Source: Candidatus Nomurabacteria bacterium (GTDB lineage Bacteria > Patescibacteriota > Minisyncoccia > Phycocordibacterales > UBA918). Taken from it: a stretch of DNA of 64,000 nt. Below the pieces are notes generated by a model. It was given only the letters and a program-made list of their open reading frames with translations. It did not search any database and had not been told where the DNA came from. The DNA is taken from positions 372,241 to 436,240 of the forward strand of contig JACKGC010000001.1 in NCBI GenBank assembly GCA_020632135.1, read 5' to 3'. The translations under genes were made by a program, and so were the position numbers. Positions 26,484 through 35,914 of the stretch are shown piece by piece. Within the stretch, counting starts at the first letter, position 1. Each line of letters opens with the position of its first letter.

Positions 26484-26978
26484 ATGATAAACAGTACAGT
26501 TGATGAGTATCTCCGTCTCATTGATGCCGGCAAACGGGAGCAAATACCCCTTGCGGCGCAGCAGAAGCTGTCACAAACCGTGCAGTTGACTTCAGAGGCA
26601 GGGCCGTTCCATGATCTTGTGATCAAGAAGCGGTTCGAGCCGGTCCATGCGATCGCGGTCTATGGCACCTTCATTGTGCGGGATTGGTTTGCAGCCATTC
26701 GTGATGTGCTCGGCGGACGAAGCCGTTCTAGTCAGAACGTTATCGTTGATGCCATTGAGCAGGTACAGAATGAGGTGCGACTACGAGCCTGGCAACAAGG
26801 CGCCAACTACGTCGTGGGATTCCACCTGAGCGTAAGTGAAGTATCAGGGAAGGGGAAAGCGATGCATACTGCATTTGCGTACGGCACACCATTGGTGGTT
26901 GAGCAGCTTCCACTGGCTGAGCAGCGACACATGATCGCGCAGCAGCACCTGCCGCGGGGAGAGGCTCAAGAGCCTTGA
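26484..26978 (+). CDS. YbjQ/UPF0145-family domain protein with an N-terminal extension
   Basis: AAGGAGG RBS. VRDWFAAIRDVLGGRS...AWQQGANYVVGFHLSVSEVSGKGKAMHTAFAYGTPLVV. Confidence 0.6.
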   Translation: MINSTVDEYLRLIDAGKREQIPLAAQQKLSQTVQLTSEAGPFHDLVIKKRFEPVHAIAVYGTFIVRDWFAAIRDVLGGRSRSSQNVIVDAIEQVQNEVRLRAWQQGANYVVGFHLSVSEVSGKGKAMHTAFAYGTPLVVEQLPLAEQRHMIAQQHLPRGEAQEP

Positions 26979-27045
26979 CTAGCATCAGAATTGTAGTACG
27001 GTAGTAGCGTACTAAGTGGTGCGGTAACTTAAGAGGAGGTGCACC

Positions 27046-27639
27046 TTGTTCATTCGTATACAGTTTCTGTTGGTGGTCGCGCTTTTGCTGGCTGGTTGTG
27101 CAAGTAACCCACGTGGCTCAGCCACCGACCCAAAAACGTCTGCGGTAGCGCAGTGTGTCGCTGATCAGACAGCTCAATCCACTGCTGGCGGCATCACACG
27201 CAGTACGCGTGAGGTCACGCTCATGTGTGAGCTAGAACGGCTCATTGCCCAGCATCGGGTGCAGGTGCCGGATGTGTCGCTTCACACAGACACCGGAGAG
27301 GCCGCGAGCGTGGTAACGCTTCAAGCAGCCGCCGGCTTTGCGCCGGGTGGCACGTTGCTCAAAGATCCAGTGGTGCCGCTGTTGGAACAGCTCGGCTGGT
27401 TGCTCTATGCTGTACCGGATCTGAAGGCGCACGTGGTGGGGCATACCGATAGTATCGGTGAACGCGCCGTCAATCAGCGCTTGAGTGAGCTGCGCGCCGA
27501 AGTGGTCGCACGGCAGTTACTTGCCTACAGTGGTAATGTCACTGCAGCCGGCAAGGGAGAACTCGAGCCGGTCGCTGACAATCGCTACGCACCAGGACGA
27601 GCCCAAAATCGGCGCGTCGAGATCATATTCAGCTTCTGA
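27046..27639 (+). CDS. OmpA-family (peptidoglycan-associated) lipoprotein
   Basis: TTG start with an AAGAGGAGG RBS, lipobox LLLAGC, and an OmpA_C-like tail GHTDSIGERAVNQRLSELRAEVVARQL...RAQNRRVEI. Confidence 0.75.
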   Translation: MFIRIQFLLVVALLLAGCASNPRGSATDPKTSAVAQCVADQTAQSTAGGITRSTREVTLMCELERLIAQHRVQVPDVSLHTDTGEAASVVTLQAAAGFAPGGTLLKDPVVPLLEQLGWLLYAVPDLKAHVVGHTDSIGERAVNQRLSELRAEVVARQLLAYSGNVTAAGKGELEPVADNRYAPGRAQNRRVEIIFSF

Positions 27640-27660
27640 GTCCACGGTGACTGGGGAGCA

Positions 27661-27690
27661 AAAGGCGGGGAATACATTCCCCGCCTTTTT
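27661..27690 (+). terminator. Terminator
   Basis: AAAGGCGGGGAA-taca-TTCCCCGCCTTTTT. Confidence 0.75.
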
Positions 27691-27740
27691 ACGTGCTTTG
27701 GTTATTGTTGGTGCAATTGCTCTGGTACTATATATGTGCA

Positions 27741-29033
27741 ATGCAATCTACGAAGAAGATCCGTTTTCTGCGAGGACTTGAGCGCCTACTTCTCGTCTTT
27801 ACGATGTTGATCGTGGTGTTACTCGCGGTGTTTTCTGCCAACGGTAATCTGGGTGTGCAAGAATCGTATGCGGGTGGCGGTATAGTGGTCGCTGCTCTTT
27901 TGATAGTCTTTTTGATCCAGCATAGTATTGACTCCTCAGTTGCGGTCGTCGAATCGCAAGCAAACTATCTGCAAGATGATGCTCTTGCTGCGTTGTTTGA
28001 CCGTAGCCCCGTGGCGTACTTGATCGTTGATAAGCAGGGGCGGGTGGTAGAAGGTAATGTGGCTGCAGTAAAACTGCTGAAGGGAGAGGTGGCTGCGTTG
28101 CCAGGGTTGCCCTTCTTTAATTTGTTGGCAGGTATGGAAGAAGACCAACATGATGTGCTGATCAGCAAAATCAAGGCAGGATTGACCATAAACGACCTGG
28201 AGGTGCCGATGCAGACCTTGCGTGCAGATGAGTCGGTCTGGGTGCTCCTCTCTGTGTTCGCGTACCGTAATGCCGGACAACGCTTACTTACGTTGGTTAA
28301 TGTAACTGAGCAGAAGAAGGTCGATACCGCGAAGTCTGAGTTTGTGGCACTGGCGACACATCAACTCCGTACACCGATCGCTGCTATTCGTTGGAATGTG
28401 GAGTTGCTTGAGAAGCGGCTCATGAAGGGGAAGACCGACAGTCTTGAAAAGTATGCGGACAAGATCGAGCGCAACACCTTGCGTATGATCGATCTTATCA
28501 ATGATTTCCTCAGTGTGTCGAAGTTGGAAATGGGTACCTATGCAGCCAAGACCGAACCGACAGACCTGACTGATTTCGTCGACAGTATCCTCGATGAGTT
28601 TGCCGAGAAGATCACACAAAAGCAGATCAAGATCGTGCGCACCGATGATCCGCCGCATGTGGTCATCGAAGCTGACAGTCGCTTGTTCCACATCGTAGTG
28701 AGCAATCTGGTTTCCAATGCGGTGAAGTACCTTAATCCGGCTGGACAGATAGAATTACAATACTCGCTCAGCGGCAATGTACTGCAGTTGGCAGTGGCTG
28801 ATGACGGTATCGGTATTCCAAGTGATGAGTTGGGTGACCTCTTCACGAAGTTCTACCGCGCAAGCAACGCTCGTTCACACCAAACCCAAGGTACCGGCTT
28901 GGGGCTCTACATTGTAAAGGAGTCGGTTAAGCAAATGGGCGGTGAGATCACTGTTGAGTCAGAAGCAGGACAGGGTGCGCGTTTTGTGGTGACACTACCT
29001 GTGCAAGTGGTATCAGCTGGTGAAACGAGCTAA
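27741..29033 (+). CDS. Sensor histidine kinase (TM, PAS-like, HisKA and HATPase domains)
   Basis: Start at MQSTKKIRF with TATATA-N6-ATG upstream. H-box ATHQLRTPIAAI. G-boxes DDGIGIP and GTGLGLYIVKE. Confidence 0.9.
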   Translation: MQSTKKIRFLRGLERLLLVFTMLIVVLLAVFSANGNLGVQESYAGGGIVVAALLIVFLIQHSIDSSVAVVESQANYLQDDALAALFDRSPVAYLIVDKQGRVVEGNVAAVKLLKGEVAALPGLPFFNLLAGMEEDQHDVLISKIKAGLTINDLEVPMQTLRADESVWVLLSVFAYRNAGQRLLTLVNVTEQKKVDTAKSEFVALATHQLRTPIAAIRWNVELLEKRLMKGKTDSLEKYADKIERNTLRMIDLINDFLSVSKLEMGTYAAKTEPTDLTDFVDSILDEFAEKITQKQIKIVRTDDPPHVVIEADSRLFHIVVSNLVSNAVKYLNPAGQIELQYSLSGNVLQLAVADDGIGIPSDELGDLFTKFYRASNARSHQTQGTGLGLYIVKESVKQMGGEITVESEAGQGARFVVTLPVQVVSAGETS

Positions 29034-29042
29034 GATGTACTC

Positions 29043-29927
29043 ATGCGAATGTATTTGTTGTCTCTGGCGTTGACATGCTTTTTAGTGGTACAGCCAGTGG
29101 TCGTCTCGGCCAAGACCGCACCTGACCGCAGTGAGCTTTTGGCTGAGATCACACGCCTACAGGCCCTGATCATTGAGTTGCAGGCTATTGTTGATGCACA
29201 GACATTGGTAGTAGAAGCAAATGACCACCCTTTACTGAGCAGCAATGTCAGTAGTGTTGCGGAGTACTGGGTTACTGGTGAAGCGGACTTGGCGTATGTC
29301 ACTAACCTCGCACACCGAGCATATTTCTCTCGAGTTTTTACATTGTTCCCAGACGCATATGATTTGCAGCTAGCTCGGTTACGAGTATTTGGTGATGATG
29401 ATTCGCCCTATGATGCGTTTGTTGAGACGTTGCCGCCAGAGTATGAGTCGTGGGTGTATGCGGTGCATGAGGACGTCGTGGGGTGGGGTAGTACGCCAGC
29501 GAGTGATGAGCTGATCGTGCACGAGCTCGGCCACATTATTTCCTATGAAGAGATCGTCGGAGTACCTAAACCTGCAGAAGCACACTGCCATGCATACTTT
29601 GACCGGTATGGCTGTCCGCTTGAAAATTCATTTTTAGCGCAATTCATTCAAGCATTTTGGTCTGAACAGGCGCTCGATCGGGCAGGGGAATACAGCGAAA
29701 GACCTGATGGTACTGAAGCGGCATATACATTTTATGACGCGCACTCCGACGCTTTTGTATCTGAATATGCAGCGATAGGTCCAGAAGAGGACTTTGCGGA
29801 ATCATTTGCCACTTTTGTGTTGGGTGAGCGCTCAGGTGGAGCACTGGCAAGAGAGAAGGTTGATTTCTTTTGGCAGTATCCGCACCTGCGGGTAGTGCGT
29901 GATGAGATACGGCAGCAGCTGGAATGA
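29043..29927 (+). CDS. Secreted hypothetical protein with an HExxH motif (putative metallopeptidase)
   Basis: Signal peptide and LIVHELGHIISYEE. Confidence 0.4.
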   Translation: MRMYLLSLALTCFLVVQPVVVSAKTAPDRSELLAEITRLQALIIELQAIVDAQTLVVEANDHPLLSSNVSSVAEYWVTGEADLAYVTNLAHRAYFSRVFTLFPDAYDLQLARLRVFGDDDSPYDAFVETLPPEYESWVYAVHEDVVGWGSTPASDELIVHELGHIISYEEIVGVPKPAEAHCHAYFDRYGCPLENSFLAQFIQAFWSEQALDRAGEYSERPDGTEAAYTFYDAHSDAFVSEYAAIGPEEDFAESFATFVLGERSGGALAREKVDFFWQYPHLRVVRDEIRQQLE

Positions 29928-30014
29928 ACAGGTTGGGCGCTACACCACAAGAGTACTTCCGTTTTGATTATCGGAATAGATCCTCTTTAAAAACTAGGTC
30001 GCGCGCCGGCCTGT

Positions 30015-31154
30015 TCATTCCACCAACCCCTTCGCGTTCTGTATGCGTTCGTAGCTCTCTTTGATACGTGCCTCACTCAGTCGGCCCTGGGCGACCGCTG
30101 CAAGGACCGCGGTGACACCTTCGCCAACTCGCGCTGGCTCTGCAGCGAACATGAGTACATCAGCACCAGCTTGGAGTGCCGGTACGGCTGCTTGTCCGGC
30201 GGGGGTACTACTCGAAACAGCCTGCATGATCAGATCGTCAGTAATGATAACGCCATCAAAGCCAAGTCCATCGCGTAAGTAGTTGGTGAGGAAAAAGTAT
30301 GAGAGCGTAGCGGGTTGTGTGTCTATCTGTGGGAATTGCACGTGGGCAGTCATGACAGCTGCGACTTCGTACTCAGCAATGAGCTTTTCAAAACTACTAG
30401 TGAATGCGGGCAACGCCTCGAGAGTGATCGGCACGCTTGGTAATACGACATGTGAGTCTTCAGTTGTGTCGGCATGACCCGGGAAGTGTTTAGCGACACC
30501 GATTACGCCCGACTCAGACATCCCCGCTATCATGGCGCCGGCCATGTCTGCGGTGAGTTCACGTGAAGCAAATGAGCGCTGGTACATAAAGGAGTCAGTG
30601 GTTGAGGCGTAGTCGAGCACGGGCGCGAGATTGAGGTTGATGCCTAATTTCTCGAGCTCCTTTCCCCGCACTAGACCGACCTGGTATGCGCTGCTCGTAC
30701 TGATGATCTCACGCTGACTGGTTTGAATAAAGGTTGGACCCTTGAGCCGGCTCACTGACCCACCCTCTTGGTCAATGGCGATGAAAAGTGGTCGGGTACT
30801 GGACGCGTTCCAGGTCCGCACCCAGCTGCGTATTTCAGTTGGATCTTCGGGCACGCTCATAATGACCACGCTACCAAGGTGATAGGTGTCGATCAGTTCG
30901 CTCGTGCTTGCCACGGGTGTCTCGGCCCAGTGGCCAACCATGAACAGCTCACCGACCATTTCTTCCAAGGTTACCTCAGGCTCAGGTGGCGGAGTAGTAA
31001 CTGAGCCGGTCGTGGTAGCAGCTGGACGCAGTGGCTGCGCTTGTGGGGGAAGCTTAGTGTCTTCATACAGATAGAAGCCAACACCAGCCGCAGCAAACAG
31101 TAGAACAATAATGAATATTCGAAACAGACGCATACAATTAGGTGTTAGACGCAA
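30015..31154 (-). CDS. nagZ: Glycoside hydrolase family 3 beta-N-acetylhexosaminidase (NagZ-like), membrane-anchored
   Basis: IAIDQEGGSVSRL and KHFPGHADT. Confidence 0.8.
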   Translation of the reverse strand: MRLTPNCMRLFRIFIIVLLFAAAGVGFYLYEDTKLPPQAQPLRPAATTTGSVTTPPPEPEVTLEEMVGELFMVGHWAETPVASTSELIDTYHLGSVVIMSVPEDPTEIRSWVRTWNASSTRPLFIAIDQEGGSVSRLKGPTFIQTSQREIISTSSAYQVGLVRGKELEKLGINLNLAPVLDYASTTDSFMYQRSFASRELTADMAGAMIAGMSESGVIGVAKHFPGHADTTEDSHVVLPSVPITLEALPAFTSSFEKLIAEYEVAAVMTAHVQFPQIDTQPATLSYFFLTNYLRDGLGFDGVIITDDLIMQAVSSSTPAGQAAVPALQAGADVLMFAAEPARVGEGVTAVLAAVAQGRLSEARIKESYERIQNAKGLVE

Positions 31155-31875
31155 AGCGTTGTATAAATCGACGCAAGATGGTGTGGGCGTGTGGAGTGTC
31201 TTCCGTTCTGACTGCTTCGATCAATGCTTCCGCCGTTTCCGCTTCGAAGTAGTCGTGATGTCTGTATACATTGATTCGCACAATAAAGACGCTGGGATCA
31301 GCTTCTGGATGGAACTGCGTTGCGTACACGTTTTCTCCAACGCGGAACATCTGGACCGGGCAGGTAGTGCTTGATGCGAGGAGGACAGCGCCTGGCGGGG
31401 TAGTGTCGCACGCTTCCTTATGACCTACCAGTACCCGAAAGGTGTCAGGTAGTCCAGCTAAGAGAGGGTCTGCTTTACCGGCTTCTGTTAGGGAGATGTC
31501 GACGCCGCCGACTGGTTCGCCAAACTGCTTGGAGATCGTGCTACCGCAATGGTTGCCTAACAGGCCATTGCCTGAGCAGGCCCCCAGAAAGGGAAAGTCT
31601 CGTTCGATCACTTGAGTGAGGAGTCGCGTAAAATCAGCTTCGATATTTTTTTGGAGGGGTGATTTCTTCGCTTCGGGAGTACTGATGTCAAAGGGGCTGC
31701 CACCCACGATAATGCCGCTGTACAGGCTGAGGTCAAGTTCGGGAATGCCCGTCTGCTCGATGCGGATGCGCTCGGTCTCTTTTGGTGTGAGGCCGCCGCG
31801 CTGGAGGATCGCCTCGTATTCATTATCAGCCGTTTCGTCTTCGGGCCGTAGCTGCATGATCAGGAATGGTTTCAT
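31138..31875 (-). CDS. Class I glutamine amidotransferase domain protein
   Basis: FLGACSGNGLL (nucleophile elbow) and YATQFHPE. Confidence 0.8.
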   Translation of the reverse strand: MKPFLIMQLRPEDETADNEYEAILQRGGLTPKETERIRIEQTGIPELDLSLYSGIIVGGSPFDISTPEAKKSPLQKNIEADFTRLLTQVIERDFPFLGACSGNGLLGNHCGSTISKQFGEPVGGVDISLTEAGKADPLLAGLPDTFRVLVGHKEACDTTPPGAVLLASSTTCPVQMFRVGENVYATQFHPEADPSVFIVRINVYRHHDYFEAETAEALIEAVRTEDTPHAHTILRRFIQRFASNT

Positions 31876-31899
31876 AACGTACGGGGGAGTATAGCAAGT

Positions 31900-33318
31900 T
31901 TAGGTATCTGTGCCAGTTTTATTTGTTTGCAGCTGTTGTTTAGCTGCTTTGTACGCTGCCATGGCGCGGCGATAGCTGTCTTTTTGGTCAACGAGCGGTG
32001 CGGGGTAGTTGGGAGCGAGGGTGCTCAGATCTTGAGTTTTACCGTCGGTGAGTGTCTCACTTTGGATGTTTGCCAGCTCCGGCACCCACTGCTTTATATA
32101 TGTGGCAGTAGGGTCGTATTTGGTGGCCTGGGTGTACGGGTTGAAAATACGTAACGGTCGCGGGTCGGCACCGGTTGAGGCGCTCCACTGCCAACCGCCA
32201 TTGTTTTGGGCCGGGTCATAGTCAACCAACCTTTGTGCAAAGTACCGCTCGCCCCAGCGCCAGTCAATGAGGAGGTTTTTGGTGAGGTAGGAAGCAACTA
32301 CCATCCGCACCCGGTTGTGCATCCAACCGGTGGCGTTGAGCTGGCGCATGCCGGCATCGACCAAGGGCACGCCGGTGCGTCCATCGCTCCAAGCTTTAAA
32401 TTGGGCTTCGTCATTTTGCCACGCGAGGTACTGGGCGAAGGGGAGAAATGAATGTTTGAAGATGAGTGGGAAGTGGTAGGCGATGTAGTAGTAGAAATCA
32501 CGCCAGTAGAGTTCAGTAATAAACTGGCTGTGGGCACCAGCGTGTGCAACTGCATGGTGGTAGGTTTCGCGAATCGAGAGGGTGCCAAATTTGTGGTGGG
32601 CCGAGAGCTGGGAGGTGCCGTGCACGGCCGGGAGATCGCGCTGTTGTTTGTACTTCGATAGGTAGGTGTCGGCGGTGAGCAATTTGAGTGCTTCGGTACG
32701 GCCACCGTGGAGGCGTTGCATGGGTAGAGGGTGGGTGGTGATGCTGTATAGGTCGACAGTGTCGGTGTTGAGTGATCGCGTCCAGTAGTTTGAAAAATTA
32801 TTTTTCTGCGGCGAGGGTACTGCATACGTCACCGCCTTTTTCATGAATGGAGTAAAGACCGAGTAGAACTTACTTTCGCCAGTACGAATTGATTCAATGG
32901 GAGAAAGTGTGACGTCCTCATGTCGCGTAAAGGCAACTTGGTGCGCTTCACAGACGTCAGCGATCGCTTTGTCGCGTGTGTGCGCAAACGGGGTGTAGTC
33001 CTTGTTCACAAACACAGCTTCTACGCCGTCATTAGTAAGCAAACTCTCAACCACCTCGGCTGGGTCGCCACCGCAAACGTACAGCTGGCTCCCGCGCGCT
33101 TGCAGGGCGGTATCAAGCTCGCGCAGTGCACCCACCATAAAGTGAAAGGCGGCTGGGCTGAAATAGTCATTTTGCGTTGCGTCGATCTGACGCGGGTCTA
33201 AGATGAACACAGGCACAACCTCAATCGCTTTACTCAGGGCAGCCAGGAGTCCGAGATTGTCTTCCAGTCGTAAGTCGCGCCGAAAGATGAAGGCAGCTTT
33301 CTGGTGTAGTTTTTCCAT
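31900..33318 (-). CDS. phrB: Deoxyribodipyrimidine photolyase / cryptochrome family
   Basis: Start at MEKLHQK with TGcTATACT-N8-ATG upstream. FRRDLRLEDN, WMHNRVRMVVASYL and NNGGWQW. Confidence 0.9.
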   Translation of the reverse strand: MEKLHQKAAFIFRRDLRLEDNLGLLAALSKAIEVVPVFILDPRQIDATQNDYFSPAAFHFMVGALRELDTALQARGSQLYVCGGDPAEVVESLLTNDGVEAVFVNKDYTPFAHTRDKAIADVCEAHQVAFTRHEDVTLSPIESIRTGESKFYSVFTPFMKKAVTYAVPSPQKNNFSNYWTRSLNTDTVDLYSITTHPLPMQRLHGGRTEALKLLTADTYLSKYKQQRDLPAVHGTSQLSAHHKFGTLSIRETYHHAVAHAGAHSQFITELYWRDFYYYIAYHFPLIFKHSFLPFAQYLAWQNDEAQFKAWSDGRTGVPLVDAGMRQLNATGWMHNRVRMVVASYLTKNLLIDWRWGERYFAQRLVDYDPAQNNGGWQWSASTGADPRPLRIFNPYTQATKYDPTATYIKQWVPELANIQSETLTDGKTQDLSTLAPNYPAPLVDQKDSYRRAMAAYKAAKQQLQTNKTGTDT

Positions 33319-33378
33319 GTACGGGGAGTATAGCAAAACGGCGGGATGCTTTGCATCCCGCCGTTCTTTTCATCACCA

Positions 33379-33822
33379 CTATCGGATCTCATGCAGATCA
33401 ACGATCGAGAGTTCGCCGCTTTCGGCATCAAGCCAACGCACAAAGTGGGGCGTGAGTTTAAACATGACGAAGTCCTCTGCGCCCTCGACGTAGTATTTGG
33501 CGGTGTTTTTCTCCTTGAACCACGTGTGGACGTTCTCTTGGTCCTCGGGGGAGAGTTGGGTGACATCGCCACGGATGTCAACCACTTTCAGTGGGTCGAC
33601 CACCTCCTCAATAACGGAGAGGGATACGACCGGGTGGTCAACGATGTGTTGATATTTTGAAAAGGCTTTGCGGGTGCCGAAGAAAATATTGAGTTCATCA
33701 TCGACCACATACAGCATGAGAGAAGTGGTCGGGAGTCCGTGCTCATCAAGGATTGAGAAGACCGCTTTGCGGTGGTGGTTTAAAAAGTCGATGATGGTAT
33801 GACGAAGAGTTGCTTGATCCAT
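33379..33822 (-). CDS. Pyridoxamine 5'-phosphate oxidase-like FMN-binding protein
   Basis: Layout resembles general stress protein 26. Assigned by weak sequence resemblance only. Confidence 0.5.
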   Translation of the reverse strand: MDQATLRHTIIDFLNHHRKAVFSILDEHGLPTTSLMLYVVDDELNIFFGTRKAFSKYQHIVDHPVVSLSVIEEVVDPLKVVDIRGDVTQLSPEDQENVHTWFKEKNTAKYYVEGAEDFVMFKLTPHFVRWLDAESGELSIVDLHEIR

Positions 33823-33879
33823 ACGCAAGAACAATTAGGTACTAATATGCGAGTAGTATACCGCACCTCTGTAACTTGG

Positions 33880-34899
33880 CTACTGTTGCCAGTGTTTTGC
33901 TTCATCGCGCAAGCCCTCGTGTATCAGTTGTAGCGAGTCGAGCCAGGAGGTTTCGTGATAGGGGATGTGGTGCATGGCACAGAAGCGGCGGACGACCTGT
34001 CGCGCTTTCACGTAGTGAAAGCGCGACATGGTTGGAAAGAGGTGGTGCTCGATCTGGCACTCGAGTCCACCAAAGATATATGAGGTGATGAATGAGGGGG
34101 TGATATTGCGACTGAGGGTGATCTGGTGCACCCAGTTATGCTCCTTGTCAACTTCAAGCATGTCTTCGCCTTTATGATTGGGGGCAAAGATCAGTGCCAT
34201 ATATACACCAGTGGCTAGTATGACCGAGAGGGTGAAGATGCCGGCTACCAATGGTGGCAAGAACAAAAGAGTGAATTTAATGAGCACGATAAAATGGATC
34301 GCCATCAAAATGAGTTCAATACCAGCGCGCCAGGTAAGGTTACCAAACAAATGCGTAATGCTCAGGCGGAGGTTGTGTGGGTAGACAAACCAGACTCCGA
34401 CCCAAAATAAAATGTGTTGATATGGAAACAGGAAGTGTTGCTGAAACGCACTTCTAGCGATTGCTTGTTCGTGCTCAAACACGAAGGGTATTTCGACGTC
34501 AGGGTCGTGCCCAATGTGATTAGGTGCTTTGTGGTGGGCGTTGTGCTTCTGATACCAACGGCTCTCGCTTAAGCCACAGCCCAGTCCCCACACCAGTACT
34601 GCCCAAAATGTGTTAGCGCGCGCGTCCTTGAATACACCCTGGTGTGAGAGGTCGTGCCCGATGAGGCCAAGTTGCACGGTGAGGAAACCAGCCAAAACAC
34701 CATTAGCAATTTGTACCGCGAGGCTGTCGGTGAGGATGACCACATATGCCACCACCCCCAGCCCTAAGAGGGTCAGCAGAAAAATGGATATGTGCTCAAA
34801 GTAGGTGCGCTGAAAGAGCCCGGCACGTTCCACCTCCGCTTTGAGTTCACGGTATTTCGCCAGTGGTAGGGCGTACTCACTCCCGCGCTTTGGTGACAT
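33880..34899 (-). CDS. Membrane fatty acid desaturase
   Basis: Three His boxes: HDLSHQ, HNAHHKAPN and QIEHHLFP. Confidence 0.85.
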   Translation of the reverse strand: MSPKRGSEYALPLAKYRELKAEVERAGLFQRTYFEHISIFLLTLLGLGVVAYVVILTDSLAVQIANGVLAGFLTVQLGLIGHDLSHQGVFKDARANTFWAVLVWGLGCGLSESRWYQKHNAHHKAPNHIGHDPDVEIPFVFEHEQAIARSAFQQHFLFPYQHILFWVGVWFVYPHNLRLSITHLFGNLTWRAGIELILMAIHFIVLIKFTLLFLPPLVAGIFTLSVILATGVYMALIFAPNHKGEDMLEVDKEHNWVHQITLSRNITPSFITSYIFGGLECQIEHHLFPTMSRFHYVKARQVVRRFCAMHHIPYHETSWLDSLQLIHEGLRDEAKHWQQ

Positions 34900-34974
34900 C
34901 GGTCATACTGTACGCGCACAGAACGAAAAACGCAAAAGGGCCGCGCCTGCGGCGCGGCCCTTTTGCTGATCCCT

Positions 34975-35235
34975 CTATACCAATTCCCGTGCTTGCGTCA
35001 AAAAATCTCGCACCACACCTTTCTGGATCTCATCTGTTTTCATAAATTTCAGGTTCCGGCGATGTTTGCCGCTGCCTCGGAGGAGTTTGTTGGGGTCCCT
35101 GAGTTTGGCACCTTCGGAGAACTCAAGGGTCACGTGGTTGGTGTAGACAAAAATGCCGGTATACGGTTTGTCTTGGCTATAGAGCAGACCACCGTACTTT
35201 ATCTCCTCGCTGGTGGGTTTGTTGGTCAACACCAA
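34975..35235 (-). CDS. DUF1801-like protein; the reading frame stays open upstream to about 35328 with no canonical start
   Basis: Upstream in-frame translation reads ...TIPTITPEKFLKELKAHDKEKYAIVTTLRDLVLTNKPTSEEIKYGG. There is no ATG, GTG or TTG before the TTG at 35235. Confidence 0.4.
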   Translation of the reverse strand: MVLTNKPTSEEIKYGGLLYSQDKPYTGIFVYTNHVTLEFSEGAKLRDPNKLLRGSGKHRRNLKFMKTDEIQKGVVRDFLTQARELV

Positions 35236-35334
35236 GTCGCGCAGCGTCGTGACAATCGCGTACTTTTCTTTGTCGTGGGCTTTGAGCTCTTTGAGAAATT
35301 TTTCTGGGGTAATGGTAGGTATGGTGAGGTAGGG

Positions 35335-35658
35335 TTACTTAAGCTTCACCGCCGTTCCATACGCCAACATCTCAGCGGCACCAGCCATGACGACGGAGGT
35401 AGAAAATTCCATGGCGATGATCGCGTCGGCACCGAGCTCGAGCGCTTCGTTGACCATACGGTTGTATGCCTCCTCGCGGGCTACGATACTCATTTCAGTG
35501 TAGGTCTTTACCTCGCCGCCGACGATGCTCTTCAGGCCCGCGCCGATATCACGGCCAATGTTGCGTGCGCGGACGGTGTTGCCTTTTACGACGCCCAGGA
35601 CTTCGCTGATCTCGCGGCCGGGTACGTCGATGCTGGTGGTGACAATAATGGTACTCAT
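35335..35658 (-). CDS. YbjQ/UPF0145 family protein
   Basis: GVVKGNTVRARNIGRDIGAGLKSIVGGE...ALELGADAIIAMEF...AYGTAVKL. Confidence 0.85.
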   Translation of the reverse strand: MSTIIVTTSIDVPGREISEVLGVVKGNTVRARNIGRDIGAGLKSIVGGEVKTYTEMSIVAREEAYNRMVNEALELGADAIIAMEFSTSVVMAGAAEMLAYGTAVKLK

Positions 35659-35682
35659 GGTTTTGTGCTTACTTGCTAAGTG

Positions 35683-35871
35683 CTACTTGTCTTCGCTTTT
35701 TTCATCATTAATTTCCTCGATCTCGTCTTCGTCTTTATTCAGCAGGATCGCCATGCCGACGCCAGCCACCGCCAACCCATACAGCGCTGCCCATACGATT
35801 TCTTGATAGAGCACATACGTGAGCCACAGCCCAAACAGCAAAACGATGATCCCAGTAATGATCCGAAACAT
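35683..35871 (-). CDS. Small two-TM membrane protein with an acidic tail
   Basis: TATATA-N8-ATG upstream and a hydrophobic sequence. Confidence 0.5.
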   Translation of the reverse strand: MFRIITGIIVLLFGLWLTYVLYQEIVWAALYGLAVAGVGMAILLNKDEDEIEEINDEKSEDK

Positions 35872-35914
35872 GTGTTCAGTATATACCTAAGGCGAGGAGA
35901 GGGAAGCTCTGTGT

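Noticed and set aside
34963-35679. 238-aa plus-strand ORF.
   Set aside because: It is antisense to ybjQ and the DUF1801-like gene, both of which have clear family signatures.
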